From: Candidatus Nanosyncoccus sp.
Lineage (GTDB): Bacteria > Patescibacteriota > Saccharimonadia > Saccharimonadales > Saccharimonadaceae
DNA length: 64,000 nucleotides
Direction: 5' to 3'
Assembly: GCA_045650525.1 (NCBI GenBank)
Contig: JAZRRH010000013.1
Coordinates: 43,881 to 107,880 of the forward strand
Below are positions 9,734 to 18,228 of this stretch, one piece after another; within the stretch, counting starts at the first letter, position 1, and every line of letters begins with the position of its first letter. The position numbers were made by a program, and so were the translations under genes. The notes beneath the pieces were generated by a model that was not told where the DNA came from, did not search any database, and worked only from the letters and a program-made list of their open reading frames with translations.

Positions 9734-9937
9734 CTAGCCTATCATCATTGCGGCATTAGCGCAGAGAAGGGCCCCTGCAATAATGCTCATGCCTGCGACC
9801 ATACAAACATGCATCTTCTCTTGCCGAGAAATTTGCTTCTTGGCAGTACGAGAACATGCTTTTTTATGGCACTGCGTCTTCCTTGCGGAAGCTTTTTTCG
9901 CAGTTTTTGTCGCAGTTTTCTTTTTTGCTTGTGCCAT
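9734..9937 (-). CDS. Small Lys/Ala-rich protein with a C-terminal TM helix
   Basis: 67 aa; MAQAKKKTATKTAKKASARK... followed by a hydrophobic tail; SD (AAAGGAG) upstream. Confidence 0.7.
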   Translation of the reverse strand: MAQAKKKTATKTAKKASARKTQCHKKACSRTAKKQISRQEKMHVCMVAGMSIIAGALLCANAAMMIG

Positions 9938-10032
9938 TTTTGCTCCTTTTTTGTTTTAATTAATGCTTATGCTTATTTTAGCACTTATCTCCCAAATAGT
10001 CAAGAGTTCGTAACTGTGGTATAATTACACCT

Positions 10033-11913
10033 ATGGACGCGAATACAATTAGACAAAAATTTTTAGATTTTCAGGAAAAAAGAGGCCACAAAATAATCAC
10101 TCCTGCGCCACTAGTGCTCGAAGGTGACCCCACCACGTTGTTTACCGGCTCTGGGATGCAGCCGCTTTTGCCTTATCTCCTTGGAAAAGACCACCCAAAA
10201 GGAAAGCGTCTTTGTGATTCGCAACCCTCGATGAGGCTTCAGGATATCGAAGACGTAGGTGATCCGAGACACACTACAGTTTTTGAAATGCTCGGCAACT
10301 GGTCGCTTGGCGACTATTTTAAAGAAGAGCAGATTCGTGGATTTTTTGAATTCTTAACCAAAGAAGTGGGGCTTGACCCTAAGCGTATTTATGTAACGTG
10401 TTTTATCGGCAACGAAAAATATGGCATCCCGCGCGATACTGAGGCTGCCGAAATTTGGCAAAAAGTTTTCGAGGAGGCTGGCGTTGAAGCCAAAATTGCC
10501 GAGATAGGCTCAGCGGAAGAAGGGGATAGGCGCGGTATCAAGCCTGGCGAGAGAATCTTCTTCTACGACGATAAAGAAAACTGGTGGAGCCGTGGCGGCG
10601 GTTGTGATTCTACACCGATTGGGGATCCTTGTGGACCAGACTCCGAGGTATTTTATGATTTTGGCGAGAATTTACAAGATGAGGCAAAGTATGGTTTGGC
10701 GCACCCGGCTTCCGACGGGGCCAGGTTTATGGAAATCGGCAACCAAGTTTTTATGCAGTACAAACGCAATGCAGATGGTAGTTTTTCTGAACTCGAGAAG
10801 AAAAACGTTGATTTCGGTGGAGGCCTTGAGAGGATTGCTGCCGCAGCTATTGATTCGTTTGATGTATTTAAGATTTCATTAATGAAGCCAATCATCGAAA
10901 AACTTGAACAAGTTTCAGGGAAATCTTACGATAATAACACTGGCGAGATGCGTGTAATCGCAGATCATATTCGCGGCGCGTATTTACTCGCGGCGCAAGG
11001 TTTGGTACCCTCCAACAAAACCCAAGGGTACGCGATGAGGCGACTACTCAGGCGTGCAATTTTGCGAGCCCTAGACCTTGGAATTTCAGATAATTTTCTT
11101 GCTGAAATTATCCCGATTGTAGCTGATAATTACAAGAGTTTGCCCGAGTCGATTCTAACTTGTCGCGAAAATGCACTCGAAGTAATGCTTCGCGAGGAAA
11201 CAGCATTTAGAAAAACTCTAAATAAAGGTCTCAAGGAGCTCAGCAAAATGACCCGCAACAATAAAACTCTAGATGGGCGTGAAATTTTTAAGCTCCAAGA
11301 TACGTATGGTTTTCCAATGGAGTTGTCCGTGGAGGAATGTTACCGCGAGGGCATAAAACTATCCGAGAATTACCTCAAGGAATTCGAGGATGCCTTGAAG
11401 GAGCAGCGCGAAAGATCCCAAACCGCATCTAAAGGCATGTTCAAGGGCGGTCTCGAAGATCACGGCGAGCAGACTATCAAATATCACACCGCCACACATC
11501 TACTGCTTGCGGCCCTACAGAAATTGGTTTCGCCCGATATTATGCAAAAAGGTTCTAATACTACCGCTGAAAGACTAAGATTCGATTTTAACCTAGACCA
11601 CAAAATGACCGACGAAGAGAAAACAGCAGTAGAAAACCAGGTGAATGAGTGGATTGAGGCGGATCTTCCCGTAATTTTTGACGAATATGATAAGGATTAT
11701 GCGCGCAACGAGTTAAAGGCGCACGGACAATTCTGGGATAAGTACCCGGATAAGCTAAAAGTCTACACGATTGGCGATTTTGATAACCCGATTTCACGCG
11801 AGGTTTGCGGTGGCCCACATGTTGCACATACTGGCGCGATTGGTCATTTTAAGATCAAAAAAGAAGAATCCTCATCGGCCGGCGTGAGAAGAATCAAAGC
11901 TGTCATAGAATAA
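10033..11913 (+). CDS. alaS: Alanyl-tRNA synthetase (short form, no C-Ala domain)
   Basis: LFTGSGMQP, FEMLGNWS, DFGGGLER, IADHIR, HTATHLL and CGGPHV; ends at GVRRIKAVIE. Confidence 0.96.
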   Translation: MDANTIRQKFLDFQEKRGHKIITPAPLVLEGDPTTLFTGSGMQPLLPYLLGKDHPKGKRLCDSQPSMRLQDIEDVGDPRHTTVFEMLGNWSLGDYFKEEQIRGFFEFLTKEVGLDPKRIYVTCFIGNEKYGIPRDTEAAEIWQKVFEEAGVEAKIAEIGSAEEGDRRGIKPGERIFFYDDKENWWSRGGGCDSTPIGDPCGPDSEVFYDFGENLQDEAKYGLAHPASDGARFMEIGNQVFMQYKRNADGSFSELEKKNVDFGGGLERIAAAAIDSFDVFKISLMKPIIEKLEQVSGKSYDNNTGEMRVIADHIRGAYLLAAQGLVPSNKTQGYAMRRLLRRAILRALDLGISDNFLAEIIPIVADNYKSLPESILTCRENALEVMLREETAFRKTLNKGLKELSKMTRNNKTLDGREIFKLQDTYGFPMELSVEECYREGIKLSENYLKEFEDALKEQRERSQTASKGMFKGGLEDHGEQTIKYHTATHLLLAALQKLVSPDIMQKGSNTTAERLRFDFNLDHKMTDEEKTAVENQVNEWIEADLPVIFDEYDKDYARNELKAHGQFWDKYPDKLKVYTIGDFDNPISREVCGGPHVAHTGAIGHFKIKKEESSSAGVRRIKAVIE

Positions 11914-11984
11914 TAGTCTTAAATGGCTTTTAACGACAGTCCACTTGGACTGTTTGGTACAAATATATATTTGGTGACTAACCC

Positions 11985-13208
11985 TTATTTTTGGAGGATT
12001 TTGGCGATTTTGTTTCTTAATTTGTTTTCTTCGGGGGCTCCTGCTAGGGTATCTACGCCAACGCGAAGTAGGCCAAGAGCTGTAGCATAAGAGTGGTCAA
12101 GGTCAAATTTTTCTTCGTTTGTGAGGTTTGGGAGCTCTGCGACGTCAATCAAGTGGATAACCGGGCGACGCGAAAACGCCAAAGATTTATACCAGTCAGA
12201 AACGGCAAGAGTTTCTTGGATCATAGATAAGCTAGCGCCACCGCCGCATAGTAGGATGTTTCGTGGGAGACTGCCGACGTTTTCGAATTCTTCGAGGGCC
12301 ACTTCTACGCCAGTCAACCATACGCTAAGGTTGCGCGAAAGGGCAGTTTCGACTTTGGCTTTGACACGATCGTCGAGCTTGGTTGTATCAAAATCTAGCT
12401 TGTATTGCTCGGCGGCTTCATGGTCAACACCGAGAGACTCCGCAACTTGATGAGTAAAGCTGCGGCCGCCAATAGAGAACATCTTGGTGCCTTCGACGCC
12501 GCCGTCCTCGACTACTGCAATATCGGTGGTGCCACCGCCAATATCCATAACTATGCCAGAAAAACTTGAATCAAGGTCGTCACCTAGACATGCACGGCAA
12601 ACAGCAAATGGCTCTACGGCAACAGTGAGAAGGTCGAGGTTTAGCTCGGCGCAAACTTTTTCGATGGCGGCCACATGAATAAGAGGAGCAAAAGCGGTAT
12701 AAAACTGAATTACGATATCTGAGCCTTTGAATCCGATGGGGTTGCTGATCTTGTATCCATCAATAATGAGGGAGACAATCGCGGAATTAATTAAGCGTAC
12801 TTCGACGTTTTCGTTGCCGGTTTCGAGTGCTACGGTTTTTTTTGCTACTTCGCCGGATTTTTGTTGGACTTTTTTGATAATTTCTTGCATTTCATTATCA
12901 GTGATAGGCTTGTTGGGGTTCTTGCGATTGTAGTGGACAGTGGTGGTTGAGCCTTTTATTAGCTCGCCTGCTACTCCAACTACAGTAAGATCGGCTTTTT
13001 CGCCGGCTTGTTTTTCTACTTTAATAAGAGCATCTTCACACACGTTGACTACAGCTGGAATATCAGAAATAGCGCCGCCCCACATATTGCCTTCGGCCTG
13101 CTTGGCTTTGGCAACACCTAAAACCTCAAGATCGCCTTTGCGATTTGGGCGCGCAAGGACAGCTTTGACGAATTCCGTGCCAATATCTAATCCTAGTATA
13201 GTGCTCAT
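11985..13208 (-). CDS. FtsA-like actin-fold ATPase
   Basis: LGLDIGTEFVKA, MDIGGGTTD and LCGGGA actin-fold motifs. Confidence 0.85.
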   Translation of the reverse strand: MSTILGLDIGTEFVKAVLARPNRKGDLEVLGVAKAKQAEGNMWGGAISDIPAVVNVCEDALIKVEKQAGEKADLTVVGVAGELIKGSTTTVHYNRKNPNKPITDNEMQEIIKKVQQKSGEVAKKTVALETGNENVEVRLINSAIVSLIIDGYKISNPIGFKGSDIVIQFYTAFAPLIHVAAIEKVCAELNLDLLTVAVEPFAVCRACLGDDLDSSFSGIVMDIGGGTTDIAVVEDGGVEGTKMFSIGGRSFTHQVAESLGVDHEAAEQYKLDFDTTKLDDRVKAKVETALSRNLSVWLTGVEVALEEFENVGSLPRNILLCGGGASLSMIQETLAVSDWYKSLAFSRRPVIHLIDVAELPNLTNEEKFDLDHSYATALGLLRVGVDTLAGAPEENKLRNKIAKILQK

Positions 13209-14023
13209 ACTTTTATTATATCATATTTACCGACGGGGATATCACCCAGTTCGTATTTGCCAAAATGAGTGCGGTGGAGCTTGGTGACTTTGTATCCTAA
13301 GGCCGCAAAAGTACGGCGGATTTGGCGGTTGCGGCCCTCGGTCAAAACTACCGTGTATTGAGCTGGCACCACCGTCTCTTTCGGGTCGCGTCCGGTCGGC
13401 CTGTTTGCCTTCGGCAATTCGCGTCCCAAGGGGCGAGCGCCACGGGCGGCCGGCGCTAACTCTCGCGCTGCCGCGCTCCGAAATCCCCTCAAGAGAGGTG
13501 ATGCCAGCTCATTCCTCAGAACTTTGAACTGGCTGGGGCCGTCGTCAAGCATGACGCCGTAATCTGAAATCATTTGTTGATGTAGTGGTTCCAAAGGTTT
13601 GTCAAGTTCAACTTCATAGATCTTGTTTTTGCGGAACTTTGGGTGGGTCATTTGATAGGCAAAATCGCCATCGTTAGTTAAAAGAATTAAGCCGGAAGAA
13701 TCTTTGTCGAGACGACCTACGGTTTTTAATTTGTGGTATTTCTTGGGCAGGATTTCATAAATGGTGGGGGCGGTTTTTTGTGAACGTCGCGAGCATACAT
13801 ATCCAACTGGTTTATGAAAAGCTAAATAAAGATATTCCGTATCAAACGGAATTATCTTGTTATTATAGCATACTTTGCTTGATTTGTCAATTCTATCCCC
13901 TAGGATCGCTTGGCGTCCGTCAACGGTGATTTGATTGGAGGATATCAATTCATCCGCTTCGCGCCTGGAGACACCTAATCGTTCGGCTAAGAATTTGTTC
14001 AGTCTAACCAGTGAGTTTTCCAT
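13205..14023 (-). CDS. S4-domain pseudouridine synthase (RluB/RsuA family) with an in-frame hairpin insertion
   Basis: RLNKFLA, SRREADELI, HKPVGY, VGRLDKDSSGL and EGRNRQIRR. Confidence 0.93.
   Translation of the reverse strand: MENSLVRLNKFLAERLGVSRREADELISSNQITVDGRQAILGDRIDKSSKVCYNNKIIPFDTEYLYLAFHKPVGYVCSRRSQKTAPTIYEILPKKYHKLKTVGRLDKDSSGLILLTNDGDFAYQMTHPKFRKNKIYEVELDKPLEPLHQQMISDYGVMLDDGPSQFKVLRNELASPLLRGFRSAAARELAPAARGARPLGRELPKANRPTGRDPKETVVPAQYTVVLTEGRNRQIRRTFAALGYKVTKLHRTHFGKYELGDIPVGKYDIIKV
13359..13511 (-). repeat. In-frame palindromic insertion (153 bp) in the pseudouridine synthase gene
   Basis: TGAGCTGGCACCACC...GGTGATGCCAGCTCA 15-bp IR with 1 mismatch; GC-rich; shares CGCGTCCCAAGGGGCG with the obgE insertion. 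Confidence 0.85.
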
Positions 14024-14033
14024 GAGGTTTTGA

Positions 14034-14585
14034 CTATGCTACTGGTGCTCCTGGCTGAGCTTCTACTGTTGCCGGAGCAGGAGCCGGAGCGGCTGGAGCT
14101 ACTGGGGTAGGAGCATGAGCGGCTGGAGCCGGAGCAGCTGGGGCTGGGGCGGCTGGAGCTGGGGCGGCTGGAGCCGGAGCGGCATTTAGCGCACCTGGTA
14201 TAGGTGCAGCTGCAACACGATCGCCCAAAGTTTCGTGAATAGTATTAATAACATCCTCGATGCCAACTTGTGATTTAACAAGATACTTATTGGCACCAAG
14301 ACGTTCGCCGCGTTGTCTCTGATCATCGGCAGAGAGGGCAGTCATCATGATAACCTTGATATTTGCGGTCTCTGGGGTTGATCGCAAAATATCCAGCATA
14401 TCAAACCCGGATATTTTTGGCATCATCACGTCGCTTAGAATTAAATCGGGTTTTTCGCGCACAGCAACAGCAAGTGCTTCTTCGCCATCTCCTGCTGATA
14501 CTACTTCGTAGCCTTCGGCGGTGATGCGGATACTGTAAATTTCTCGTAGGTTTGCGTCGTCTTCGACTACCATTACTTTACTCAT
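14034..14585 (-). CDS. Stand-alone response regulator receiver domain with a Pro/Ala tail
   Basis: VMVVEDD, LSDVMMP, MTA and KS receiver motifs; no output domain; GGAGG SD before ATG 14585. Confidence 0.9.
   Translation of the reverse strand: MSKVMVVEDDANLREIYSIRITAEGYEVVSAGDGEEALAVAVREKPDLILSDVMMPKISGFDMLDILRSTPETANIKVIMMTALSADDQRQRGERLGANKYLVKSQVGIEDVINTIHETLGDRVAAAPIPGALNAAPAPAAPAPAAPAPAAPAPAAHAPTPVAPAAPAPAPATVEAQPGAPVA
14071..14183 (-). repeat. Imperfect 15-nt tandem repeat encoding (APAAP)n
   Basis: Recurrent GGAGC/GGGGC-GGCTGG units. Confidence 0.75.
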
Positions 14586-16299
14586 TATTTCCTCCATTTA
14601 TTTTATTATCAATTGTTGGGGCTTGGTTCACCGGTGACACTGGCGGTGGTGTCGCCGAGCCTGGCGCTACAGGCTGTGCCGGCGGGGGTACTGGGGGTGC
14701 CGGCGATAAATTCGGAACTGTCGGGGTAACGTGAGCTGGAGTTGGAGTAGCTGCGGGAGCCATAGGAGTTGGTATAGGGGCGGGAGCTGGCGCCGCTTGA
14801 GTTACAGCTGGGGCAGCCGCGGGAGCCATCGGAGTAGGTGCGGCTGCGGGAGCCATCGGAGTAGGTGCGGCCGGGGTGGCCGGAGTCGGTGCGACTGGCG
14901 CTGTTGGAACAGGTGGTGTCACAGGAGTAGCTGGTGCGGCTGGGGCCATCGGAGCCGTAGGGGCAGCTGATGCGGCTGGGGCCATCGGGGCCACGGGGGC
15001 AACTGGGGCCGCAGGTGCCACCGGAGCTACCGGAGCAGCGGAAGCAATGAATGGATTTTCGGATGGCGGCTTAACCGGACCACCGATAAGCTGATTTTGA
15101 ATTTCTTGATTTTTTACCACAATCATGCGTTTTTCGTATTCGTCTGCAGTTAGACGCGGAAGGGAAACATAAAAGGTTGTTCCTTCACCAAAAGCGGACT
15201 CGGCCCAGACTTTGCCACCCATAGCTTCGACGCGTTGTTTTACTAGATAGAGGCCTAGGCCAGTGCCACCAATTGTCCTGGTGTCAGAATTATCGACGCG
15301 GTAGAATTTTTGGAAAATATGAGTAAGATCTTCGGCGGAAATCCCGATACCGGTATCGGTGACATTGATAAGTACACGGTCGCCGTCGCCACGCACATTC
15401 ACATAGACCGAACCACCCTCAGGGGTGTATTTGATAGCATTTTCAATTAGATTATCTACGATTTCTTGAAGGAAAGTAGTATCGACAAAACTATAAACGA
15501 CCTGTTGCATCTTGCGACCGGCCTCTACCGATGATTCGTTTGAGCCAAATGTGAGTGTGAGCTTGGATTCTTGAGCGTGCTGCATATGATTACTCGTGAT
15601 CGACTCAATTAATTCGGTCATTTCGACTGGCTCTAAGTGAAGCTTACTCTTGCCATCATCTAGCTTGGTGACATCTAGTAGGTCTTGGAATAGTTTGCCG
15701 AGATGTTTTGAAGCTTTTTCGGCAGCAGAAAGATAACCACGAGCGCGTTCGTCGATAGTGGCCGTCTGCGGATTCAGGGCCAAGGATAAATATCCATCAA
15801 TAGTTGCCACTGGGGTACGCATTTCGTGCGAGGCTGTAGAAATAAACTCGGTTTGCTCGCCTTCTTCTTCGAGTTCTTTGGTGATATCACGGAAGGTTAT
15901 AATACGGTCGGTATTCACCCCGTCGGTCTGGATGACAGAGATAGAGACAGGGAAACGTTTGTCCGAAGAAGTATTAATAAGTGAAGCCTGATAATGTTCG
16001 AGTGGCTGGTTGGTCTTGATTGCTTGGGTTAATTGGTTTTCTTGCTCGGAGAGCTCTCGACCCTCTTTACTCTCTAGTTTGATAACTAAGCCATAATCTA
16101 GCCCAACAGCGTTACTTGCTGAGCTAGTGCCAGTCATAAGAACTGCAGCAGGATTAATAAATTTAACGGCACCATTTTTGTCAATTATTACTACGCCATC
16201 GTGAAGTGATTTTAGGACCAAATCGGACATGGCAGAATTATTGCTATCGCCACCATTTGGCTGTCCGTTTGTGGTTTTATCGTGCTTAAACATTTTCAT
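14578..16299 (-). CDS. Cytoplasmic PAS sensor histidine kinase with a long Pro/Ala tail
   Basis: PAS-like N-terminus, ASHEMRTP (H box), NLIENAIKY, DTGIGI and GTGLGL; no TM. Confidence 0.92.
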   Translation of the reverse strand: MKMFKHDKTTNGQPNGGDSNNSAMSDLVLKSLHDGVVIIDKNGAVKFINPAAVLMTGTSSASNAVGLDYGLVIKLESKEGRELSEQENQLTQAIKTNQPLEHYQASLINTSSDKRFPVSISVIQTDGVNTDRIITFRDITKELEEEGEQTEFISTASHEMRTPVATIDGYLSLALNPQTATIDERARGYLSAAEKASKHLGKLFQDLLDVTKLDDGKSKLHLEPVEMTELIESITSNHMQHAQESKLTLTFGSNESSVEAGRKMQQVVYSFVDTTFLQEIVDNLIENAIKYTPEGGSVYVNVRGDGDRVLINVTDTGIGISAEDLTHIFQKFYRVDNSDTRTIGGTGLGLYLVKQRVEAMGGKVWAESAFGEGTTFYVSLPRLTADEYEKRMIVVKNQEIQNQLIGGPVKPPSENPFIASAAPVAPVAPAAPVAPVAPMAPAASAAPTAPMAPAAPATPVTPPVPTAPVAPTPATPAAPTPMAPAAAPTPMAPAAAPAVTQAAPAPAPIPTPMAPAATPTPAHVTPTVPNLSPAPPVPPPAQPVAPGSATPPPVSPVNQAPTIDNKINGGNNE

Positions 16300-16349
16300 T
16301 TATATATATATTTTAACACAAGCATCAAAAAATGTGTTATATTTTATAT

Positions 16350-18221
16350 ATGAATAAGGATGTTATTTATATAGAACCCGAAGATGACATCACGGATGTT
16401 ATCGCTAAAATCGAGAAATCAAAAGAAAAAATAGTAGCCTTAGTCCCCCCGAAAAAAGCGGGTGTCTTTAGGAGTATTGTCAACATCAAACTTATTTATA
16501 AATCTGGCAAAGCTGCCGAAAAAACCATTGTGCTTGTTACCGTGGATCCATCCATTATCAAACTTGCTGCTTCCACTAAATTACCCGTAACAAAAGATCT
16601 CAACACGCCTCCAGCCATCCCGACCGTCGATGATGAAGGTGAGCCAGAAAACGTCTCAAATGAAGATTTGATTGAAGAGCCAGATGGTAGCGTCGAGGCA
16701 AAGGAAAATTCCGATGATTCGGACAAAAAATCAACTAGCAAAAAGAAAACAGACAACGACGAAGATGATGATGGCGATGAGGAAGATACTGAAGACGAAG
16801 AAGATGAAGAGAAAGAAGAGCCTAAGACTAAATCTAAGGGCCTTTCTTCAAAAAAGAAGAACTTAAAGGAAACTTCGAACAAGTTTATCGCTTGGATCAA
16901 AGACCATAAAAAACTCGCTATTTGTGGCGGTATTGGTATTGTTCTTTTGATAGTATTTATGATTTGGGCATTCGTGATTGCCCCATCTGTCAGCGTGACC
17001 GTGGGCGTGAAGGCGTCATCGAACAACTTTTCTGAAGCTTTGACTTTTACAACTACTTTGTCCGAAGAAAATGCCAGTGAGGGTAAGTTTTATCTTGAAG
17101 AAAAGAAAATCGAAACCCCACAAACAATAGAATTTGAAGCCACTGGTAAGAAAAACGTTGGCGAAAAAGCGAGTGGTGACGTCGTCGTGTATACATATTT
17201 TAGTGCAAAAGGCGCCTATTCTATCGAATCAGGAACAAGGTTTTCGATCAATAACCTAAATTATCTTGCTGATGCCGATTCGACACTGTATTGGGATGGA
17301 GCTCAATCGAGCTGTGAAAATAAAAAAGAAGACGACCCGATTATCGTAGATGGAGTCGTCCACTGTCTTAAATCCGGTAGAATAAAAGTCACTGCATCCG
17401 AAGCAGGTTCTAAGTATAATATTTCTGCTTCAAGCGCTGGCTGGACTACGGTTTTCAGCACTTTAAATGTCTACTCAGACAAAGCGATGGCTGGTGGTAC
17501 TGACCAAGAAATCACTGTCGTCCAGCAATCTGATGTCGATAAAGCAAAGAGTCAATTGACCACCAATAGCCTTGACGAAAACAAAGCTTCTCTCATGGAT
17601 GAGATCAGTGACGATATGCTAGTTATCGAATCTAGCTTAGCGCAGAACACCTCCGATCCAGAAATCTCACCAAAAGTTGGTGAAGAGGTTAAAGATGGCG
17701 CAAAAGCAACTCTTAAAGTTACTACAACTACTTCGATCTTTGCGATTGACAAAACCAAAGTTATTGAGTTTATTACCGAAAAAGCAAATCTCAAAGATGA
17801 CCAGAAGATTTACGAGATGAAGGATCCGTTTATCGAAAACTTCCTCAAGACAGATAATGGATATACTGGTAAGTTAAAGACCTCTTACCTCACTGGTCCG
17901 AATTTGACCGAAAGTAGCATAGCTGAACTCGTCAAGGGCCACGGCATAGGTGATGCAACACATATGCTTAAAGATGTCGATGGAGTAGTCGATGCCAGAA
18001 TTGACGGCTCGTTCCCGTGGGTAAGTTCCGTACCAGGTAATACCAACAAAATCACCGTAACTCTTGAGATTAAAGACCAAAACGGCAACAAGGTCGAACA
18101 AAAAGAAGAGGAAGATTCTAAAAAATCTGAGGACTCTGATGATTCTGATGAATCAAAGGATTCAAAGGAATCCAAAGACTCCAAGGACTCCAAAGAAAAG
18201 AAAGACAGTAAGACTCCTTAA
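16350..18221 (+). CDS. Membrane protein: N-terminal alpha/beta domain, acidic linker, TM, extracellular baseplate-J-like domain
   Basis: IYIEPEDDITDVI N-terminus, D/E-rich linker, one TM, ATGKKNVGEKASG...VTASEAGSKYNI...AMAGGTD; the domain name is inferred from recall of CPR homologs. Confidence 0.7.
   Translation: MNKDVIYIEPEDDITDVIAKIEKSKEKIVALVPPKKAGVFRSIVNIKLIYKSGKAAEKTIVLVTVDPSIIKLAASTKLPVTKDLNTPPAIPTVDDEGEPENVSNEDLIEEPDGSVEAKENSDDSDKKSTSKKKTDNDEDDDGDEEDTEDEEDEEKEEPKTKSKGLSSKKKNLKETSNKFIAWIKDHKKLAICGGIGIVLLIVFMIWAFVIAPSVSVTVGVKASSNNFSEALTFTTTLSEENASEGKFYLEEKKIETPQTIEFEATGKKNVGEKASGDVVVYTYFSAKGAYSIESGTRFSINNLNYLADADSTLYWDGAQSSCENKKEDDPIIVDGVVHCLKSGRIKVTASEAGSKYNISASSAGWTTVFSTLNVYSDKAMAGGTDQEITVVQQSDVDKAKSQLTTNSLDENKASLMDEISDDMLVIESSLAQNTSDPEISPKVGEEVKDGAKATLKVTTTTSIFAIDKTKVIEFITEKANLKDDQKIYEMKDPFIENFLKTDNGYTGKLKTSYLTGPNLTESSIAELVKGHGIGDATHMLKDVDGVVDARIDGSFPWVSSVPGNTNKITVTLEIKDQNGNKVEQKEEEDSKKSEDSDDSDESKDSKESKDSKDSKEKKDSKTP
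18126..18197 (+). repeat. Imperfect 9-nt tandem repeat encoding (SKD/SKE)n
   Basis: TCAAAGGATTCAAAGGAATCCAAAGACTCCAAGGACTCCAAAGAA. Confidence 0.6.
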
Positions 18222-18228
18222 GGCTAAG

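Noticed and set aside
14071-15045. CRISPR-like periodicity
   Set aside because: The repeats are codon-level Pro/Ala repeats without spacers; no cas genes in the window.
16350-18221. Prophage, tailocin or T6SS suggested by the baseplate-J-like domain
   Set aside because: No other structural phage or T6SS genes; the protein is a bitopic membrane protein among housekeeping genes.
18064-18228. Longer upstream starts in the ORF track (ruvX-mltG, and similarly mnmA, recG, tsf, rpsB, eno)
   Set aside because: The extensions overlap neighbouring genes or promoters and lack homology-type motifs; downstream starts fit better.
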